A stretch of 59,930 nt of DNA, filler included. It is 4 parts of 4 records of this genome, joined end to end, with 100 filler letters (N's around TTAATTAATTAA, not from the genome) between each part and the next. Parts side by side here need not be neighbours in the genome. Positions count along the whole stretch, not along the records: positions 1 to 7,837 come from DRR723986_34978; positions 7,938 to 27,139 come from DRR723986_34979; 2 more parts are not named here. One strand, written 5' to 3'. Below the pieces are notes generated by a model. The model saw nothing but the letters and a program-made list of their open reading frames with translations. It had not been told where the DNA came from and did not search any database. The position numbers and the translations under genes are program-made. Below, piece after piece: positions 1-12,143 of the stretch; positions within the stretch are counted from its first letter, which is position 1; each line of letters begins with the position of its first letter.

Positions 1-40
1 GCCGCAAGGCGTGAGAGTTCGAGTCTCTCCATCCGCACCA
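1..40 (+). tRNA. 3' part of a tRNA-Leu (5' end outside window)
   Basis: Long variable arm GCCGCAAGGC, T-arm GAGAG-TTCGAGT-CTCTC, discriminator A and encoded CCA ending at 40. A tRNA-Leu directly upstream of tig is typical of Gammaproteobacteria. Anticodon not visible. Confidence 0.85.
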
Positions 41-114
41 TTTCATAGAATTCTTTAAGCGGGCTGGCATTGAAAGAGCCAGGTCGTGTGATTGATCGCT
101 TTTGAGGAACTTCC

Positions 115-1443
115 ATGCAAGTCTCAGTTGAAACGACGTCAGGTCTTGAGCGTCGCTTAATCGTAGGTGTACCTGCCGCTCGTGTTGACAGTGCCGTAGA
201 CAGCCGCCTGCAAGAAGCTGCGAAAACCGTCAAGCTGAACGGTTTTCGCCCCGGTAAGGTGCCGATGAAGGTTGTTCGTCAGCGCTTCGGTCAATCTGTG
301 CGTATGGAAGTATTGGGTCAGGTAATGAATGACTCATTTTACGAGGCAATTCAGGAGCAGGGTCTCAAGCCTGCAGGTCGCCCTGAAATTGAGCCCAAAA
401 GCATGGATGAAGGCAAAGATATCGAATTCGTTGCCACATTTGAGGTGTTCCCCGAGATTGAGTTGCTGGATTACAGCAGCATCGAGGTCAAGAAGCCGGT
501 ATCTGAAATCACCGACGCCGACTTGGATAAAATGATCGAAAACCTTCGTAAGCAGCGCGCTAGCTGGGAGGCGGTAGAGCGTGATGCGGCGACGGGCGAT
601 CAAGTGAATATCGACTTTGTTGGCACAAAGGACGGTGAAGAATTCGAAGGTGGAAAAGGCGAAGGGACCGATCTGGAATTGGGTTCAGGTCGTATGATTC
701 CAGGCTTCGAAGACGGTATTGTCGGCATGAAGGCTGGCGAAGAGAAAGTGGTAGCGCTGAGCTTCCCTGAGGATTATCACAGTGAAGAGCTCAAAGGTGC
801 CGCGGTAGAATTTGCGATCACCGTGAACGCGGTGAAAGAGCAAGTGCTGCCCGAGCTGAATGAAGAGTTCTTTAAAATGTTCGGTGTGGAAGAGGGCGGC
901 GAAGACGCTTTCCGTGCTGAAGTTAAAAAGAATATGGAACGCGAGTTGAAAAATGCGACAAAGACCCGCATTAAAACTCAAGTGATGGACGGTGTTCTTG
1001 ACGTGCACGCTGAGCTGCAAGTGCCCAAGGCACTGGTCGCTCAGGAAATTGATGCCTTGCGCAACCAGCAAATGCAGCAATTTGGTGCATTGGCGGAAAA
1101 GTTGAACCCCGCGGATATCCTGCCAGACGACCTGTTCCGCGAGAATGCAGAGCGCCGCGTTAAGCTGGGCCTGGTATTGAACGAACTGATTGCTGCGGAA
1201 GAGATTAAAGCTGATGCCGATAAAGTGCGTGCCACTTTAGAGGAAATGGCAGCAAGCTATGAAGACAAAGAAGAAGTTATCAACTACTACATGAGCCAGC
1301 CGCAGCAATTGCAGCAGATTGAGGGCATGGTTATTGAAGAGGAAGTAGTTGAAAAACTTCTTGAAAAAGCGAAGGTTAGCGAAGAAACTTTAAGCTACGA
1401 AGAAGTTATGTCTCCGCCAGCTCAGGAAGACGAAGAAGATTGA
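115..1443 (+). CDS. tig: Trigger factor
   Basis: MQVSVETTSGLERR start, GFRPGKVP ribosome-binding signature, FKBP domain (MIPGFEDGI), GAGGA RBS, position before clpP. Confidence 0.98.
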   Translation: MQVSVETTSGLERRLIVGVPAARVDSAVDSRLQEAAKTVKLNGFRPGKVPMKVVRQRFGQSVRMEVLGQVMNDSFYEAIQEQGLKPAGRPEIEPKSMDEGKDIEFVATFEVFPEIELLDYSSIEVKKPVSEITDADLDKMIENLRKQRASWEAVERDAATGDQVNIDFVGTKDGEEFEGGKGEGTDLELGSGRMIPGFEDGIVGMKAGEEKVVALSFPEDYHSEELKGAAVEFAITVNAVKEQVLPELNEEFFKMFGVEEGGEDAFRAEVKKNMERELKNATKTRIKTQVMDGVLDVHAELQVPKALVAQEIDALRNQQMQQFGALAEKLNPADILPDDLFRENAERRVKLGLVLNELIAAEEIKADADKVRATLEEMAASYEDKEEVINYYMSQPQQLQQIEGMVIEEEVVEKLLEKAKVSEETLSYEEVMSPPAQEDEED

Positions 1444-1469
1444 TCACACTAGTTCACTAGTGCTCTTCG

Positions 1470-1508
1470 TCAAGCGGCTGAACTTCGGTTCCGCCGCTTG
1501 ATTTTTTT
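1470..1508 (+). terminator. Rho-independent terminator after tig
   Basis: TCAAGCGG..GAAC-TTCG-GTTC..CCGCTTGA hairpin followed by a T7 run. Confidence 0.8.
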
Positions 1509-1559
1509 CTGGCATGCCATAACGTAACAGTCAATTCACGACACAGAAGAGAATTGCGT

Positions 1560-2192
1560 ATGTCCCGAAACTCCTTTGATGGAATCAATAACAATACAAT
1601 TAACAACTTAGGGCTCGTGCCCATGGTTGTTGAGCAAACGGCACGCGGTGAACGGTCTTACGATATTTACTCCCGCCTGCTCAAAGAGCGCGTGATCTTC
1701 TGTGTGGGCCCTGTTGAAGACCACATGGCTAACCTGATTGTGGCGCAGATGCTGTTTTTGGAGTCCGAGAACCCCGATAAAGATATCCATTTGTATATCA
1801 ATTCGCCCGGCGGGTCGGTAACCGCGGGTTTGTCGATTTACGACACCATGAGCTTTATCAAACCCGACGTAAGTACGATGTGCATTGGCCAAGCGGCCAG
1901 TATGGGTGCCTTCCTGTTGAGTGGTGGTGCCAAGGGCAAGCGTTTTATTCTGCCTAACGCGCGGACGATGATTCACCAGCCCAGCGGCGGTGCACAGGGG
2001 CAGGCGACAGATATCGATATCCATGCGCGCGAAATTTTGATCATTCGCGAACGTCTGAATCAATTAATGGCTGAGCATACCGGCCAGGATTACGAAACCA
2101 TTGCTCGCGACACCGAGCGCGACAACTTTATGAATGCTCAGCAGTCGTGCGATTACGGGCTTGTTGATCAGGTTATTACGTCACGTAGCTAA
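1560..2192 (+). CDS. clpP: ATP-dependent Clp protease proteolytic subunit
   Basis: [30 protein letters not shown], catalytic Ser in QAASMGA and His in MIHQP. ATG at 1560 preferred over the TTG at 1554. Confidence 0.98.
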   Translation: MSRNSFDGINNNTINNLGLVPMVVEQTARGERSYDIYSRLLKERVIFCVGPVEDHMANLIVAQMLFLESENPDKDIHLYINSPGGSVTAGLSIYDTMSFIKPDVSTMCIGQAASMGAFLLSGGAKGKRFILPNARTMIHQPSGGAQGQATDIDIHAREILIIRERLNQLMAEHTGQDYETIARDTERDNFMNAQQSCDYGLVDQVITSRS

Positions 2193-2223
2193 GGGGGCGC
2201 GCCCTCGCGGGCGCGGCCGTTCA

Positions 2224-2252
2224 CTTGCAAAACAGGGCAAAAGGGGTCATCT
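2224..2252 (+). promoter_or_regulatory. Putative sigma-32 (heat-shock) promoter of clpX
   Basis: CTTGCAA-N14-GGTCATCT resembles the CTTGAAA-N13/14-CCCCATNT consensus and aligns with the lon promoter. Confidence 0.45.
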
Positions 2253-2297
2253 TAAGATCAGAAAAAGATGCCCAATACGTCGACAAGGTGATTGTTA

Positions 2298-3572
2298 ATG
2301 AGTAGTAAAGACGGCGCAGATGACAACGGCAAGCTGCTGTATTGTTCGTTTTGCGGCAAAAGTCAGCATGAAGTACGCAAGCTGATTGCGGGGCCTTCGG
2401 TATTTATCTGTGATGAATGCGTGGACCTCTGTAACGATATTATCCGTGAAGAGGTTCAGGAAGCGGCCAGCGAGGCGGGCAGTGACAAGCTGCCGTCGCC
2501 GCAGGAGATTAACGCGACCCTGGATCAGTACGTTATTGGTCAGGCGCGCGCCAAAAAGGTGTTGGCGGTTGCGGTATACAACCACTACAAGCGACTCCGC
2601 CACGGCGATAAAAGCAAGGACGAAGTAGAGCTGGGCAAGAGTAATATCTTGTTGGTGGGGCCAACCGGCAGTGGTAAGACGTTGCTGGCCGAGACGCTCG
2701 CTCGTTTGTTGGATGTCCCGTTCACAATTGCTGATGCAACAACGCTGACGGAAGCTGGCTATGTCGGCGAAGACGTTGAGAACATCATTCAGAAGCTGTT
2801 GCAGAAGTGCGACTACGATGTTGAAAAAGCCCAGATGGGTATTGTCTACATCGATGAGATCGACAAAATCTCTCGCAAGTCAGATAACCCCTCAATTACC
2901 CGGGATGTCTCCGGTGAAGGCGTTCAGCAGGCGCTGTTGAAGTTAATTGAGGGCACGGTAGCCTCGGTCCCCCCGCAGGGCGGTCGGAAGCATCCACAGC
3001 AGGAGTTTTTGCAGGTAGATACCTCGAACATCCTGTTTATCTGTGGCGGTGCCTTTGCGGGCCTCGATCGGGTCATCCGTGACCGCTCTGAGAAAGGGGG
3101 CATCGGCTTTGGTGCGGAGGTCAAAAGCAAGGACGAATCCCGCAATGTGGGTGAAGTACTGGCTGACGTCGAACCAGAGGATCTGGTGCGTTACGGCTTG
3201 ATCCCCGAGTTTGTCGGCCGACTGCCGGTGATTGCTACGCTCGAAGAGCTCGATGCGGAGGCGCTTGTCAGCATCCTGACTCAGCCGCGTAATGCGCTAA
3301 CCAAGCAGTACGCCAAGCTCTTCGACATGGAAGGTGTTGAGGTTGATTTCCGTGAAGACGGGCTTCGGGCCGTTGCTGAGAAGGCCATGGTTCGTAAGAC
3401 AGGTGCGCGGGGGCTGCGCTCGATCCTGGAGTCTGTACTCCTGGATACCATGTATGACCTGCCGTCCACGGATAATGTCAGCAAGGTTGTGGTGGATGCA
3501 TCGGTGATCAATGGTGAATCGCCACCTATTCTGGTCTACAGCGACCAAAGAAAGGTCGCTCCAGAGGAATAA
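2298..3572 (+). CDS. clpX: ATP-dependent Clp protease ATP-binding subunit ClpX
   Basis: Zn finger CSFCGK...CDEC, Walker A GPTGSGKT, Walker [11 protein letters not shown] loop. ATG at 2298 follows AAGGTG. Confidence 0.98.
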   Translation: MSSKDGADDNGKLLYCSFCGKSQHEVRKLIAGPSVFICDECVDLCNDIIREEVQEAASEAGSDKLPSPQEINATLDQYVIGQARAKKVLAVAVYNHYKRLRHGDKSKDEVELGKSNILLVGPTGSGKTLLAETLARLLDVPFTIADATTLTEAGYVGEDVENIIQKLLQKCDYDVEKAQMGIVYIDEIDKISRKSDNPSITRDVSGEGVQQALLKLIEGTVASVPPQGGRKHPQQEFLQVDTSNILFICGGAFAGLDRVIRDRSEKGGIGFGAEVKSKDESRNVGEVLADVEPEDLVRYGLIPEFVGRLPVIATLEELDAEALVSILTQPRNALTKQYAKLFDMEGVEVDFREDGLRAVAEKAMVRKTGARGLRSILESVLLDTMYDLPSTDNVSKVVVDASVINGESPPILVYSDQRKVAPEE

Positions 3573-3580
3573 ACCTACGT

Positions 3581-3610
3581 AAAGCCGCCTGATTCCCAGG
3601 CGGCTTTTTT
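3581..3610 (+). terminator. Rho-independent terminator after clpX
   Basis: AAAGCCGCCTG-ATTCC-CAGGCGGCTTT hairpin plus T run. Confidence 0.85.
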
Positions 3611-3632
3611 GTCAGTTTGTTTACAGTCAAGT

Positions 3633-3661
3633 CTTGTATTTCTGCCTTCAAATCCCCATCT
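3633..3661 (+). promoter_or_regulatory. Sigma-32 promoter of lon
   Basis: CTTGTAT-N14-CCCCATCT, close to the sigma-32 consensus; lon is a canonical sigma-32 gene. Confidence 0.75.
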
Positions 3662-3740
3662 TAGAACCATAACCGCCCGCATATCGTAAAGCGGTATACC
3701 TGCTTTGCGGGCCCAAAATGATTCAAAAAGAGGCGAGCTA

Positions 3741-6167
3741 ATGGCTGACAAGCGTGAAACTCTAGAGTTGCCGCTGCTTCCCCTGCGAGATGTAGTTGTC
3801 TACCCCCACATGGTTATCCCTTTGTTCGTAGGCCGAGATAAGTCGATTCGGGCTCTCGAGCTGGCCATGGCTGACAACAAAGAAATTATTCTTGCAGCAC
3901 AAAAAAATCCAGATGTGGATGAACCCTCCACAGAAGACCTGTATGACATTGGCACCGTCGCCAATATTCTTCAGTTGTTGAAATTGCCTGATGGCACCGT
4001 CAAGGTGCTTGTTGAAGGTGATTATCGCGCACAGATAGACGCTATCGCCGCTGAGGACGAGTATTTCAGAGCAGAGGCCTCGCCAATTGTTGAGCGGAAG
4101 ATCCCGGATGAAGAGTCTGAGGTGATGCTGCGCTCTGCTATCTCCCAGTTTGAGAAATATATTAATTTAAGCAAGAAGATCCCTTCTGAAGTACTGACCT
4201 CTCTATCCGGTATTGATGAGCCTGGTCGTTTGGCAGACACCGTTGCCGCTCACATGAGCATGGAGCTCGAGCAGAAGCAGGCGGTATTGGAAATGAGTGA
4301 TGAGCGCGAGCGCTTAGAGCACTTAATGGCGCTGATGGAGTCGGAAATCGACCTGTTTCAAGTAGAAAAACGCATTCGCGGGCGCGTTAAGAAGCAGATG
4401 GAAAAAAGCCAGCGTGAGTACTACCTCAATGAACAGATGAAAGCGATCCAGCGCGAGTTGGGCGAATCAGAAGAGGGCGCCAACGAGCTTGAAGAGCTTG
4501 AGAAGCGCGTCGCTGAATCTGGTATGAGCAAAGAGGCGCTCGAGAAAGCCAAGGCTGAGCTTTCTAAGCTAAAAATGATGTCGCCAATGTCTGCTGAGGC
4601 CTCAGTTGTACGCGGCTATATCGATTGGCTGGTAAATATCCCCTGGCAGAAGCGCTCGCGTGTAAAACATGACCTCAAACGCGCGCAAGAAATCCTTAAC
4701 AGCGATCACTACGGTCTTGAAGAGGTTAAGGAGCGTATCCTCGAGTATTTGGCTGTACAAAAACGCGTTAAGAAAGTGAAAGGGCCCGTGCTGTGCTTGG
4801 TGGGGCCGCCAGGGGTAGGTAAAACATCGCTGGGTGAGTCGATCGCACGTTCAACGAATCGGAAGTTTGTTCGGATGGCGCTTGGCGGGGTTCGCGACGA
4901 GGCAGAGATTCGCGGTCATCGCCGCACATACATTGGCTCCATGCCGGGTAAAGTTATTCAGAAAATGTCTAAGACAGGCGTGCGTAACCCGCTGTTCTTG
5001 TTAGACGAAATTGACAAGATGGGGATGGATCATCGCGGCGACCCGGCATCGGCGCTGCTTGAAGTGTTGGATCCGGAGCAAAACCACGCCTTTAACGATC
5101 ACTACCTCGAGGTGGACTACGATTTATCCGACGTCATGTTTATTTGCACGTCGAATTCGTTGAATATTCCCCCGGCATTGCTGGACCGGATGGAAGTCAT
5201 CCGCATACCCGGATACACCGAAGATGAGAAGATCAACATAGCGCGGCGCTACCTCATTCCTAAACAGCTGAAGAATAACGGTTTGAAGGAAAAAGAAGCG
5301 TCTATCGGCGATGAAGTGATTCAAGACATTGTCAGGTACTACACTCGCGAGGCAGGTGTCAGGGGACTGGAAAGAGAGATCGCCAAGGTTTGCCGTAAAA
5401 TTGTTAAGAATGTGGCGCTTAGCGACGATAAGTCGCCTATAGAGGTCACCTCGCAAAACTTGGAAGAGTATCTGGGTGTTCGCAAATTTACCTTCGGTAA
5501 AGCGGAGGAAGAAAACAAGGTTGGTCAAGTAACAGGGCTGGCGTGGACGCAAGTGGGTGGTGAGCTGCTAACCATTGAGGCGGTGTCGGTGGTTGGTAAG
5601 GGCCGCCACATCCAAACCGGGTCGCTGGGCGATGTTATGCAGGAGTCGATTCAGGCTGCTATGACGGTAGTGCGTAGCCGGTCTAAGCGTTTGGGCGTGC
5701 CGGCGAAGTATCACGACCGCCACGACATTCATATTCACATGCCTGAAGGGGCAACGCCGAAAGACGGGCCGTCCGCTGGTATAGGTATGTGTACCGCGCT
5801 GGTTTCTGTTATCACCGGAATTCCGGTCCGCAGCGACGTGGCGATGACCGGTGAGATCACTTTGCGCGGTCAGGTATTGGCGATTGGTGGCTTGAAAGAG
5901 AAGCTTCTGGCCGCGCACCGCGGCGGTATTACCACAGTGCTGATCCCGGCCGAAAATGAACGCGATCTAAAGGAAATTCCGGAAAATATTAAAGCCGATC
6001 TCGATATTAAACCGGTCAAGTGGATTGACGAAGTGCTTAATATAGCGCTTGAGCGCGTGCCCGAGGAGATTTCGGAGGAGGAATACCTCGCGGGTTTGAG
6101 TGATGAGCAGAAAGCGCTGGAAAACAACCCGGAAGAAGAAAAAGACAGCCGAATCAGTGCCCACTGA
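3741..6167 (+). CDS. lon: Lon protease (endopeptidase La)
   Basis: [14 protein letters not shown]-domain, Walker A GPPGVGKT, catalytic PKDGPSAG and KEK. ATG at 3741 follows AGAGG. Confidence 0.98.
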   Translation: MADKRETLELPLLPLRDVVVYPHMVIPLFVGRDKSIRALELAMADNKEIILAAQKNPDVDEPSTEDLYDIGTVANILQLLKLPDGTVKVLVEGDYRAQIDAIAAEDEYFRAEASPIVERKIPDEESEVMLRSAISQFEKYINLSKKIPSEVLTSLSGIDEPGRLADTVAAHMSMELEQKQAVLEMSDERERLEHLMALMESEIDLFQVEKRIRGRVKKQMEKSQREYYLNEQMKAIQRELGESEEGANELEELEKRVAESGMSKEALEKAKAELSKLKMMSPMSAEASVVRGYIDWLVNIPWQKRSRVKHDLKRAQEILNSDHYGLEEVKERILEYLAVQKRVKKVKGPVLCLVGPPGVGKTSLGESIARSTNRKFVRMALGGVRDEAEIRGHRRTYIGSMPGKVIQKMSKTGVRNPLFLLDEIDKMGMDHRGDPASALLEVLDPEQNHAFNDHYLEVDYDLSDVMFICTSNSLNIPPALLDRMEVIRIPGYTEDEKINIARRYLIPKQLKNNGLKEKEASIGDEVIQDIVRYYTREAGVRGLEREIAKVCRKIVKNVALSDDKSPIEVTSQNLEEYLGVRKFTFGKAEEENKVGQVTGLAWTQVGGELLTIEAVSVVGKGRHIQTGSLGDVMQESIQAAMTVVRSRSKRLGVPAKYHDRHDIHIHMPEGATPKDGPSAGIGMCTALVSVITGIPVRSDVAMTGEITLRGQVLAIGGLKEKLLAAHRGGITTVLIPAENERDLKEIPENIKADLDIKPVKWIDEVLNIALERVPEEISEEEYLAGLSDEQKALENNPEEEKDSRISAH

Positions 6168-6286
6168 GTCGGCTGAGTGCAGGCGGTAGAGCTTGCTGTT
6201 CTGGTCATCCAGTGATCAGGCTGCAAGCCGCATGTGCTCTATGCTTCGCAGTTTTACGATAATGCGGCCAGTGATGCAGAGTTTCC

Positions 6287-6315
6287 TTGACCGCCCCAGA
6301 AGCAGTTGGTATAAA
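6287..6315 (+). promoter_or_regulatory. Putative sigma-70 promoter of hupB
   Basis: TTGACC-N17-TATAAA about 100 bp upstream of the GTG start. Confidence 0.6.
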
Positions 6316-6418
6316 TCCTTCTCTCTGAGTCGGCGGCTACTGTCATCGTGTTTACATGCTAACGTCGCCACCAGCTTTGCAATACAGTTTTTCATAACAA
6401 TTCGAAGGGGAAGGATAA

Positions 6419-6691
6419 GTGAATAAATCTGAGCTAATCGACGCCATTGCCGAGTCAGCAGATCTCTCTAAAGCGTCGGCCGGTCGTGCACTGGACGCAG
6501 CAGTTGAAGCCATTACTAACGCGCTGAAGTCTGACGACTCTGTGTCGCTGGTCGGTTTTGGTACTTTCAGTGTTAAAGAGCGCGCTGCTCGCACTGGCCG
6601 TAACCCCCAGACTGGTGCGCCAATTGAAATTGCTGCTGCGAAGATTCCTAGCTTCAAGGCTGGTAAAGCGCTGAAAGACGCCTGCAACTAA
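6419..6691 (+). CDS. hupB: DNA-binding protein HU beta subunit
   Basis: [11 protein letters not shown]...VGFGTF...GRNPQTG, 90 aa, conserved position after lon. Confidence 0.97.
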   Translation: MNKSELIDAIAESADLSKASAGRALDAAVEAITNALKSDDSVSLVGFGTFSVKERAARTGRNPQTGAPIEIAAAKIPSFKAGKALKDACN

Positions 6692-6752
6692 GTTCAGTTG
6701 CGACAGTCATAGCGTTAGACAGAGTCGTCGCGAAGAGGTACCGCCTCTGTCG

Positions 6753-6781
6753 AAAGGCGCATCGAAAGATGCGCTTTTTTT
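6753..6781 (+). terminator. Rho-independent terminator after hupB
   Basis: AAAGGCGCATC-GAAA-GATGCGCTTT hairpin plus T run. Confidence 0.85.
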
Positions 6782-6805
6782 ATATTTGAATGGGTTCAAA
6801 GGTAA

Positions 6806-7837
6806 ATGCTGCAAAATATCCGCAACAATATCCAAGGTACCGCTGCCAAGGTCATTATCGCCATTATCGTGGTGCCATTTGCATTCTTTGGTATCGACAG
6901 CCTTTTCAGTGGTGGCTCACAGACACCGGCCGCGGTAGTAAATGGTGAAAAAATTTCTCAGGCGGAGTTGCAGCAGGCACTTGCCATGCAGAAACGCCGC
7001 TTGATCAACATGATGGGCGATAAACTCGAGCCCTCGATGCTTGATGATGCCGTGTTGCGCAAGCCGGCTTTAGACTCGCTGATTAAACAGCAGTTGCTTT
7101 TGCAAGCTGCAGAAGACGCGGGAATTGAGATTTCAGAGCAGCAGCTAAATATCACCATCGCCTCCATGCCTCAGTTCCAGGAAGATGGTCGTTTTTCACA
7201 AGAGCGCTACCAGCAAGTATTGCGCCTGCAGGGCTACAACAGCGCGTTGTTCAAACAATTACTACGCTCTGACTTACTTATTCAGCAGCTGTCGGCATCG
7301 GTGGCGGCATCGGCTTTCGTTACTGAAAGAGAGTTGGACGAAGCCATCGCCTATATCCACGAAAGCCGCGATTTTCAAACCGTCACCGTGCCGCTCGAAA
7401 AATATCGCAAGTCAATCACGCTGACTGATGAAGAGCTCAAAAGCTACTACGAAGAAAACGGCGCGCGCTTTCAGAGCGAACCCAAGGTAAAAGTGTCATA
7501 TCTAGAGCTTAAAGAAGAGCAGTTCTACGAGCCTGTGTCTGAACAGCAGGTGGTCGCCGAGTACGAGCGCCTTATCGAGGGGATGACGCAGGATACAGAG
7601 CGTGAAGCAGCCCATATACTGTTAGAAATTGACGATGAGCTTAATCGCGACCAGGCGGTAGCCAAGCTCAATGAAGTTAAGCAGCGCCTGCTATCCGGCG
7701 AATCGTTCGCCGAATTAGCTAAGTCGTTGTCCGAGGACCCAGGCTCAGCGTCCAATGGCGGAAACCTGGGCTTTACCGCAGGTGACAGCTTTCCAGCAGA
7801 ATTTGAAGATGCCCTGGCAGCGCTTGAGGCGGGGCAA
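6806..7837 (+). CDS. ppiD: Periplasmic folding chaperone PpiD (SurA N-terminal + parvulin domain), 3' truncated by contig end
   Basis: MLQNIR start with N-terminal membrane anchor, AAHILL...FAELAKSLSEDPGSASNGGNLG parvulin motif, synteny after hupB. Confidence 0.92.
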
Positions 7838-7937
7838 NNNNNNNNNNNNNNNNNNNNNNNNNNNNNNNNNNNNNNNNNNNNTTAATTAATTAANNNNNNN
7901 NNNNNNNNNNNNNNNNNNNNNNNNNNNNNNNNNNNNN
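7838..7937. other. Artificial contig linker
   Basis: 44 N + TTAATTAATTAA (stop codons in all six frames) + 44 N. Confidence 0.99.
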
Positions 7938-7938
7938 C

Positions 7939-9168
7939 TCGCTTTCAGCTTTGAGTGCATCGAGTGCTTTTCTGCTTTGCGCGGCACTAAAAATGCCTGC
8001 AGTTGACTTCGGCCAAGCTCTTGAATGGCAAGCATTATTTTTGATTTTTTCGGCATTATTAACGCCACGAACATTTGATCTCGTATTTTATCTGCAGAAC
8101 GAATTTAAACACTCTGCCACAATCTCATACTTGCTTAGTTTAAAAATAGAATTAGGTCTCTTTTTTTTGATAATTGGAATAATTTTCGCATGGCTTAAAG
8201 CAATGGACCATGCATTACTGCAAAATATAGAATCTCGGTACGAGATAGCAGTATCCATTGTTGCTGCTGCAGCACTAGTCTTTCAAGGTGCCAGTTTGGC
8301 GCGATTACGCTGCCAACAGCGGCATAGAGTTATAGCACTATCCCATGCAATTGCTGCGTTCGCATATGGTATTGGCGTGGTGTGGCTTTGGTGGGCACCT
8401 CGTTCGGCAGTAGAGTTCTTTACAACTTCGCTTGGCTTGTTAGCCGTCCGCCCGCTCTTGTTGTTAACCATGGGACACTTCTGTAAGGACCAAAGCGCGA
8501 ATGGCGCCTGTGAGAGACACCAGGATGTACCAATGTTTCATAATGTGCTATGGTTTCTGATAAAAGGGCAAGGCTTGAACGCTATCAAGAATAACTTGTT
8601 ACACATTGAAACGCTGACTTTGGGTTTACTTTCTAACCCAGAGGTTGTTGCTCTGTTTCGTACATTGAAAGCCTTCACAAATATCGTAAAAGTACTTTTG
8701 AACATAGAATATCAAAAGGCGTTTGCAAAGTTGTTACCCACAAATACGGCAAAGGCAGGAAGGTGGGTAGCTCTATCAAAAATTCGTAATGACTGCATAC
8801 TCATTTGGGCGCAAACTATCCCATTGATAGCTATTGCAGCTGCAGGTTTTACTATAATCCACCCCGATCCTGCATATAATATGCAGCCAATTGTTTTGAT
8901 TACAGCTATTCTTGCAACTCTTCCACAAGCGTTACAACAAGCTAATTTTGCCTTGTTAGCCGTGAATGGCAATTATGGAGCTATAGCGTTAGCATACCTT
9001 GCTGGATTGATAACTCTAACCGTCCTAACTTTACTAGTCATGGGTACGAACTCATCTATAACAATTGCGACATTTTTTATGTTTAATTTCCTATCAGCTG
9101 TCGTAGTTTTCATCATAACGTATCGGCAAGCTAGTCATACACTGTCCAATGAGGAACCATTATTATGA
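7939..9168 (+). CDS. Polysaccharide flippase-like (Wzx/MOP-family) multi-pass membrane protein, 5' truncated
   Basis: Frame open from the contig edge, roughly 10 or more hydrophobic segments, located in a glycan gene cluster, ATGA overlap with the sugar transferase. Confidence 0.55.
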   Translation, partial: SLSALSASSAFLLCAALKMPAVDFGQALEWQALFLIFSALLTPRTFDLVFYLQNEFKHSATISYLLSLKIELGLFFLIIGIIFAWLKAMDHALLQNIESRYEIAVSIVAAAALVFQGASLARLRCQQRHRVIALSHAIAAFAYGIGVVWLWWAPRSAVEFFTTSLGLLAVRPLLLLTMGHFCKDQSANGACERHQDVPMFHNVLWFLIKGQGLNAIKNNLLHIETLTLGLLSNPEVVALFRTLKAFTNIVKVLLNIEYQKAFAKLLPTNTAKAGRWVALSKIRNDCILIWAQTIPLIAIAAAGFTIIHPDPAYNMQPIVLITAILATLPQALQQANFALLAVNGNYGAIALAYLAGLITLTVLTLLVMGTNSSITIATFFMFNFLSAVVVFIITYRQASHTLSNEEPLL

Positions 9169-9737
9169 GTTTACCGTTGCGAACGTTCAAAATATTTGTC
9201 GATTTCTTTTTTGTGGTGTTCGTGGCGCTTTCGAGTTGGTTTTTACTCATCATCTGGGTCGCAATAAAGCTAGATTCGGAGGGACCAGGTTTTTTTTGGC
9301 AGGAGCGCGTCGGTCGAAATGGACATCTGTTCCACTGCTTGAAATTCCGAACGATGTACATTGATACTGATAATATGGGTACGCATTTAGTGACCCAGTC
9401 CTCTGTTACGCGCGTAGGACGATTCCTTAGAGCAACAAAGATTGACGAACTGCCTCAAGCATGGAATATTGTCAGGCGCGATATGACATTGATAGGCCCT
9501 CGACCCTGTCTACCTAGTCAAAACGCGTTAATCTCCGCAAGAAATCAAAAGGGCGTATTAGAAATTTTACCTGGAATTACAGGTTGGGCCCAAATTCATG
9601 GGATCGATATGTCTAATCCTAGCCAGCTAGCTGAATTTGATAGCAATTATTTAGAACACGCATCGATTGCATGTGAGCTTCAGATCATTTATGCAACTGC
9701 GGTAGGTGGCGGGCACGGAGACAACACAAGAGTATAA
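9165..9737 (+). CDS. Bacterial sugar transferase (initiating phosphoglycosyl transferase)
   Basis: FFWQERVG, KFRTM, LRATKIDELPQ, GPRP and PGITGWAQ motifs. Confidence 0.93.
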   Translation: MSLPLRTFKIFVDFFFVVFVALSSWFLLIIWVAIKLDSEGPGFFWQERVGRNGHLFHCLKFRTMYIDTDNMGTHLVTQSSVTRVGRFLRATKIDELPQAWNIVRRDMTLIGPRPCLPSQNALISARNQKGVLEILPGITGWAQIHGIDMSNPSQLAEFDSNYLEHASIACELQIIYATAVGGGHGDNTRV

Positions 9738-10008
9738 TCTTACGTGAAAAATTTATTAAACGAGCCCCTCTCCAAGAAATATCTATTTTTATTAACTGAA
9801 GTCCTAGGAAATATTACTATCATCACTTATCACAAACCTTAAAGTTACATCGGCTATCAATCTAATTTTTACCGTAGTCAGTAATTGTTCTTGTAATTTT
9901 GAACGGACCGCTCCACTTACGTGCGAACCGCCGCTGATTGGGCCCATGAATTCCAAAATTCATTCAATACCTTGGGTCAGCACTGGCTAGCGGCCTTCAA
10001 GTAAAACG

Positions 10009-10968
10009 CTATCCACGAAGTATTTTTTGATTGTCTAAATACCACCTGTAAGTGCTTTTCAATCCTTCCTCGAGTGAATAATTATAGGTCCAGCCAATTT
10101 TTTTCATGCGACCAACGTCCATGAGCTTGCGTGGAGGCCCATCTGGCTTGGATTTATCCCACTCAATTTTACCATCAAATCCAGTGATTCCGGCAATCGT
10201 CTCGGCCAAATACTTAATCGAAAAATCAATGCCTGAACCCACATTAAGGTGGCTGAGCATTGGCTCAGTGGATTTTTCATAGACTGCTTTATCAATTCCC
10301 ATAACATGTAGACTGGCTACCGCCATGTCGTCAACATGCAGAAATTCACGCTTTGGTTTTCCCGAGCCCCAGACTGTAATTTTTTTTACGTTATTACGCG
10401 CGGCTTCATCGAAACGTCGCAGAAGCGCTGGAATTACATGTGAATTCTCGGGGTGAAAATTATCGTGCGGGCCGTAAAGGTTGGTAGGCATTACTGACCG
10501 AAAATCACACCCATACTGGCGATTGTAACTTTCACACAATTTTATACCTGCGATTTTAGCAATTGCATAAGGTTCATTTGTGCTTTCTAAGGGCCCTGTT
10601 AGCAACGCTGCTTCCCTTATGGGCTGAACCGCAGCACGGGGATAAATACAAGACGAGCCTAGAAAGAGGAGCTTTTCGACACCACTCTTGTATGCCGCAT
10701 TGATTAGATTGCACTCTATCATCAAATTCTGATAAATAAAATCCGCCGGGTACTTACTATTTGCATGTATTCCCCCAACGTGGGCAGCAGCTATATATAC
10801 CTCATTAATTTCACGGCCTAGAAAGAAATCCAAGACCGATGTTTGATCCGTCAAATCAAGGTCTTTACGAGTGCAGGTGATTATATTGATGCCGGTTTGG
10901 TCTCGCAATTGCCGCACAATAGCTGAACCCACCATGCCGTTGTGCCCAGCTACATATACATTTTTCAT
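10009..10968 (-). CDS. fcl: GDP-L-fucose synthase
   Basis: [47 protein letters not shown]; directly downstream of gmd. Confidence 0.96.
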   Translation of the reverse strand: MKNVYVAGHNGMVGSAIVRQLRDQTGINIITCTRKDLDLTDQTSVLDFFLGREINEVYIAAAHVGGIHANSKYPADFIYQNLMIECNLINAAYKSGVEKLLFLGSSCIYPRAAVQPIREAALLTGPLESTNEPYAIAKIAGIKLCESYNRQYGCDFRSVMPTNLYGPHDNFHPENSHVIPALLRRFDEAARNNVKKITVWGSGKPKREFLHVDDMAVASLHVMGIDKAVYEKSTEPMLSHLNVGSGIDFSIKYLAETIAGITGFDGKIEWDKSKPDGPPRKLMDVGRMKKIGWTYNYSLEEGLKSTYRWYLDNQKILRG

Positions 10969-12143
10969 TTTGGTGCACTCGATAACTTCTTCAAATCAAC
11001 TTGGTCGGCGGATTCAATTTCTTTTGTTCTATTGCTCGTTGAAGCTTTATAGCCATTCTCCTTTAGAAAAGAAAACTGTTTGGCTTTCTCCAAATCCGCC
11101 GCGGACATTTCTGCACACATATCATTGACTGTTATTTCTGGAACCCAGCCAAGTTTGTTCCGAGACTTCGTCGGGTCACCCAATAAGGTTTCCACTTCAG
11201 CGGGGCGGAAATACCTAGGGTCAACCCTTACGATCACGTCCCCTACTTTGACATGAGGTGCATTCGCACCCGAAATAGAGGCCACACTCCCTATTTCACT
11301 AGTATTCTCACCCGTAAATTCCAACTCGATACCAATTTCTGCTGCAGCCATACGGACAAAATCACGTACAGATATCTGCTTACCTGTTGCAATAATAAAA
11401 TCTTCAGCAGTATCCTGTTGCAACATCAGCCATTGCATCCGAACATAATCTTTTGCATGGCCCCAATCGCGTAATGCGTCTAAATTCCCTAGATACAGAC
11501 ATTGGTCAAGCCCTTGGGCAATATTTGCGAAACCACGCGTTATTTTGCGCGTTACAAATGTTTCACCACGTCGCGCGCTCTCATGATTAAAAAGAATGCC
11601 ATTGCATGCGTACATACCATAGCTCTCCCTGTAATTGACGGTAATCCAATACGCATACAATTTTGCGACAGCATATGGTGACCGAGGATAAAACGGTGTT
11701 GTTTCACTTTGTGGCGTTTCTTGAACAAGCCCGAACAACTCTGAGGTTGAGGCCTGATAGAACCGCGTCTTCTTGTCGAGTCCCAGAAATCGGATCGCCT
11801 CTAGAAGACGCAGCGTACCCAATGCGTCGACATCTGCAGTATACTCAGGAACTTCAAATGAAACACCCACATGCGATTGTGCCCCCAAATTATATACTTC
11901 GTCGGGTTCAATGTCTCGCAAAATTCGTGTTAGACTGGAGCTGTCAGTTAAGTCTCCATAGTGGAGATGAAATTGCGGGCTTGGGTTATGTGGGTCTTCG
12001 TAAATATGATCAATGCGATCGGTATTTAAGGACGACGCTCGCCTTTTAATACCATGTACCTCATAGCCTTTTTTGAGCAAAAGCTCAGCCAAGTAGGAGC
12101 CGTCCTGGCCAGTAATCCCTGTGATTAATGCTTTTTTAGACAA
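10965..12143 (-). CDS. gmd: GDP-mannose 4,6-dehydratase
   Basis: [44 protein letters not shown] start at 12143 follows AAGGGA. Confidence 0.97.
   Translation of the reverse strand: MSKKALITGITGQDGSYLAELLLKKGYEVHGIKRRASSLNTDRIDHIYEDPHNPSPQFHLHYGDLTDSSSLTRILRDIEPDEVYNLGAQSHVGVSFEVPEYTADVDALGTLRLLEAIRFLGLDKKTRFYQASTSELFGLVQETPQSETTPFYPRSPYAVAKLYAYWITVNYRESYGMYACNGILFNHESARRGETFVTRKITRGFANIAQGLDQCLYLGNLDALRDWGHAKDYVRMQWLMLQQDTAEDFIIATGKQISVRDFVRMAAAEIGIELEFTGENTSEIGSVASISGANAPHVKVGDVIVRVDPRYFRPAEVETLLGDPTKSRNKLGWVPEITVNDMCAEMSAADLEKAKQFSFLKENGYKASTSNRTKEIESADQVDLKKLSSAPK

Noticed and set aside
329-7755. Many short antisense or alternate-frame ORFs inside tig, clpP, clpX, lon, hupB and ppiD (and likewise inside the giant genes)
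   Set aside because: These are shadow ORFs of well-supported genes, with no motifs or RBS support.
7882-7893. TTAATTAATTAA palindrome recurring three times
   Set aside because: It is always embedded in 44-N flanks; this is a synthetic six-frame-stop linker.
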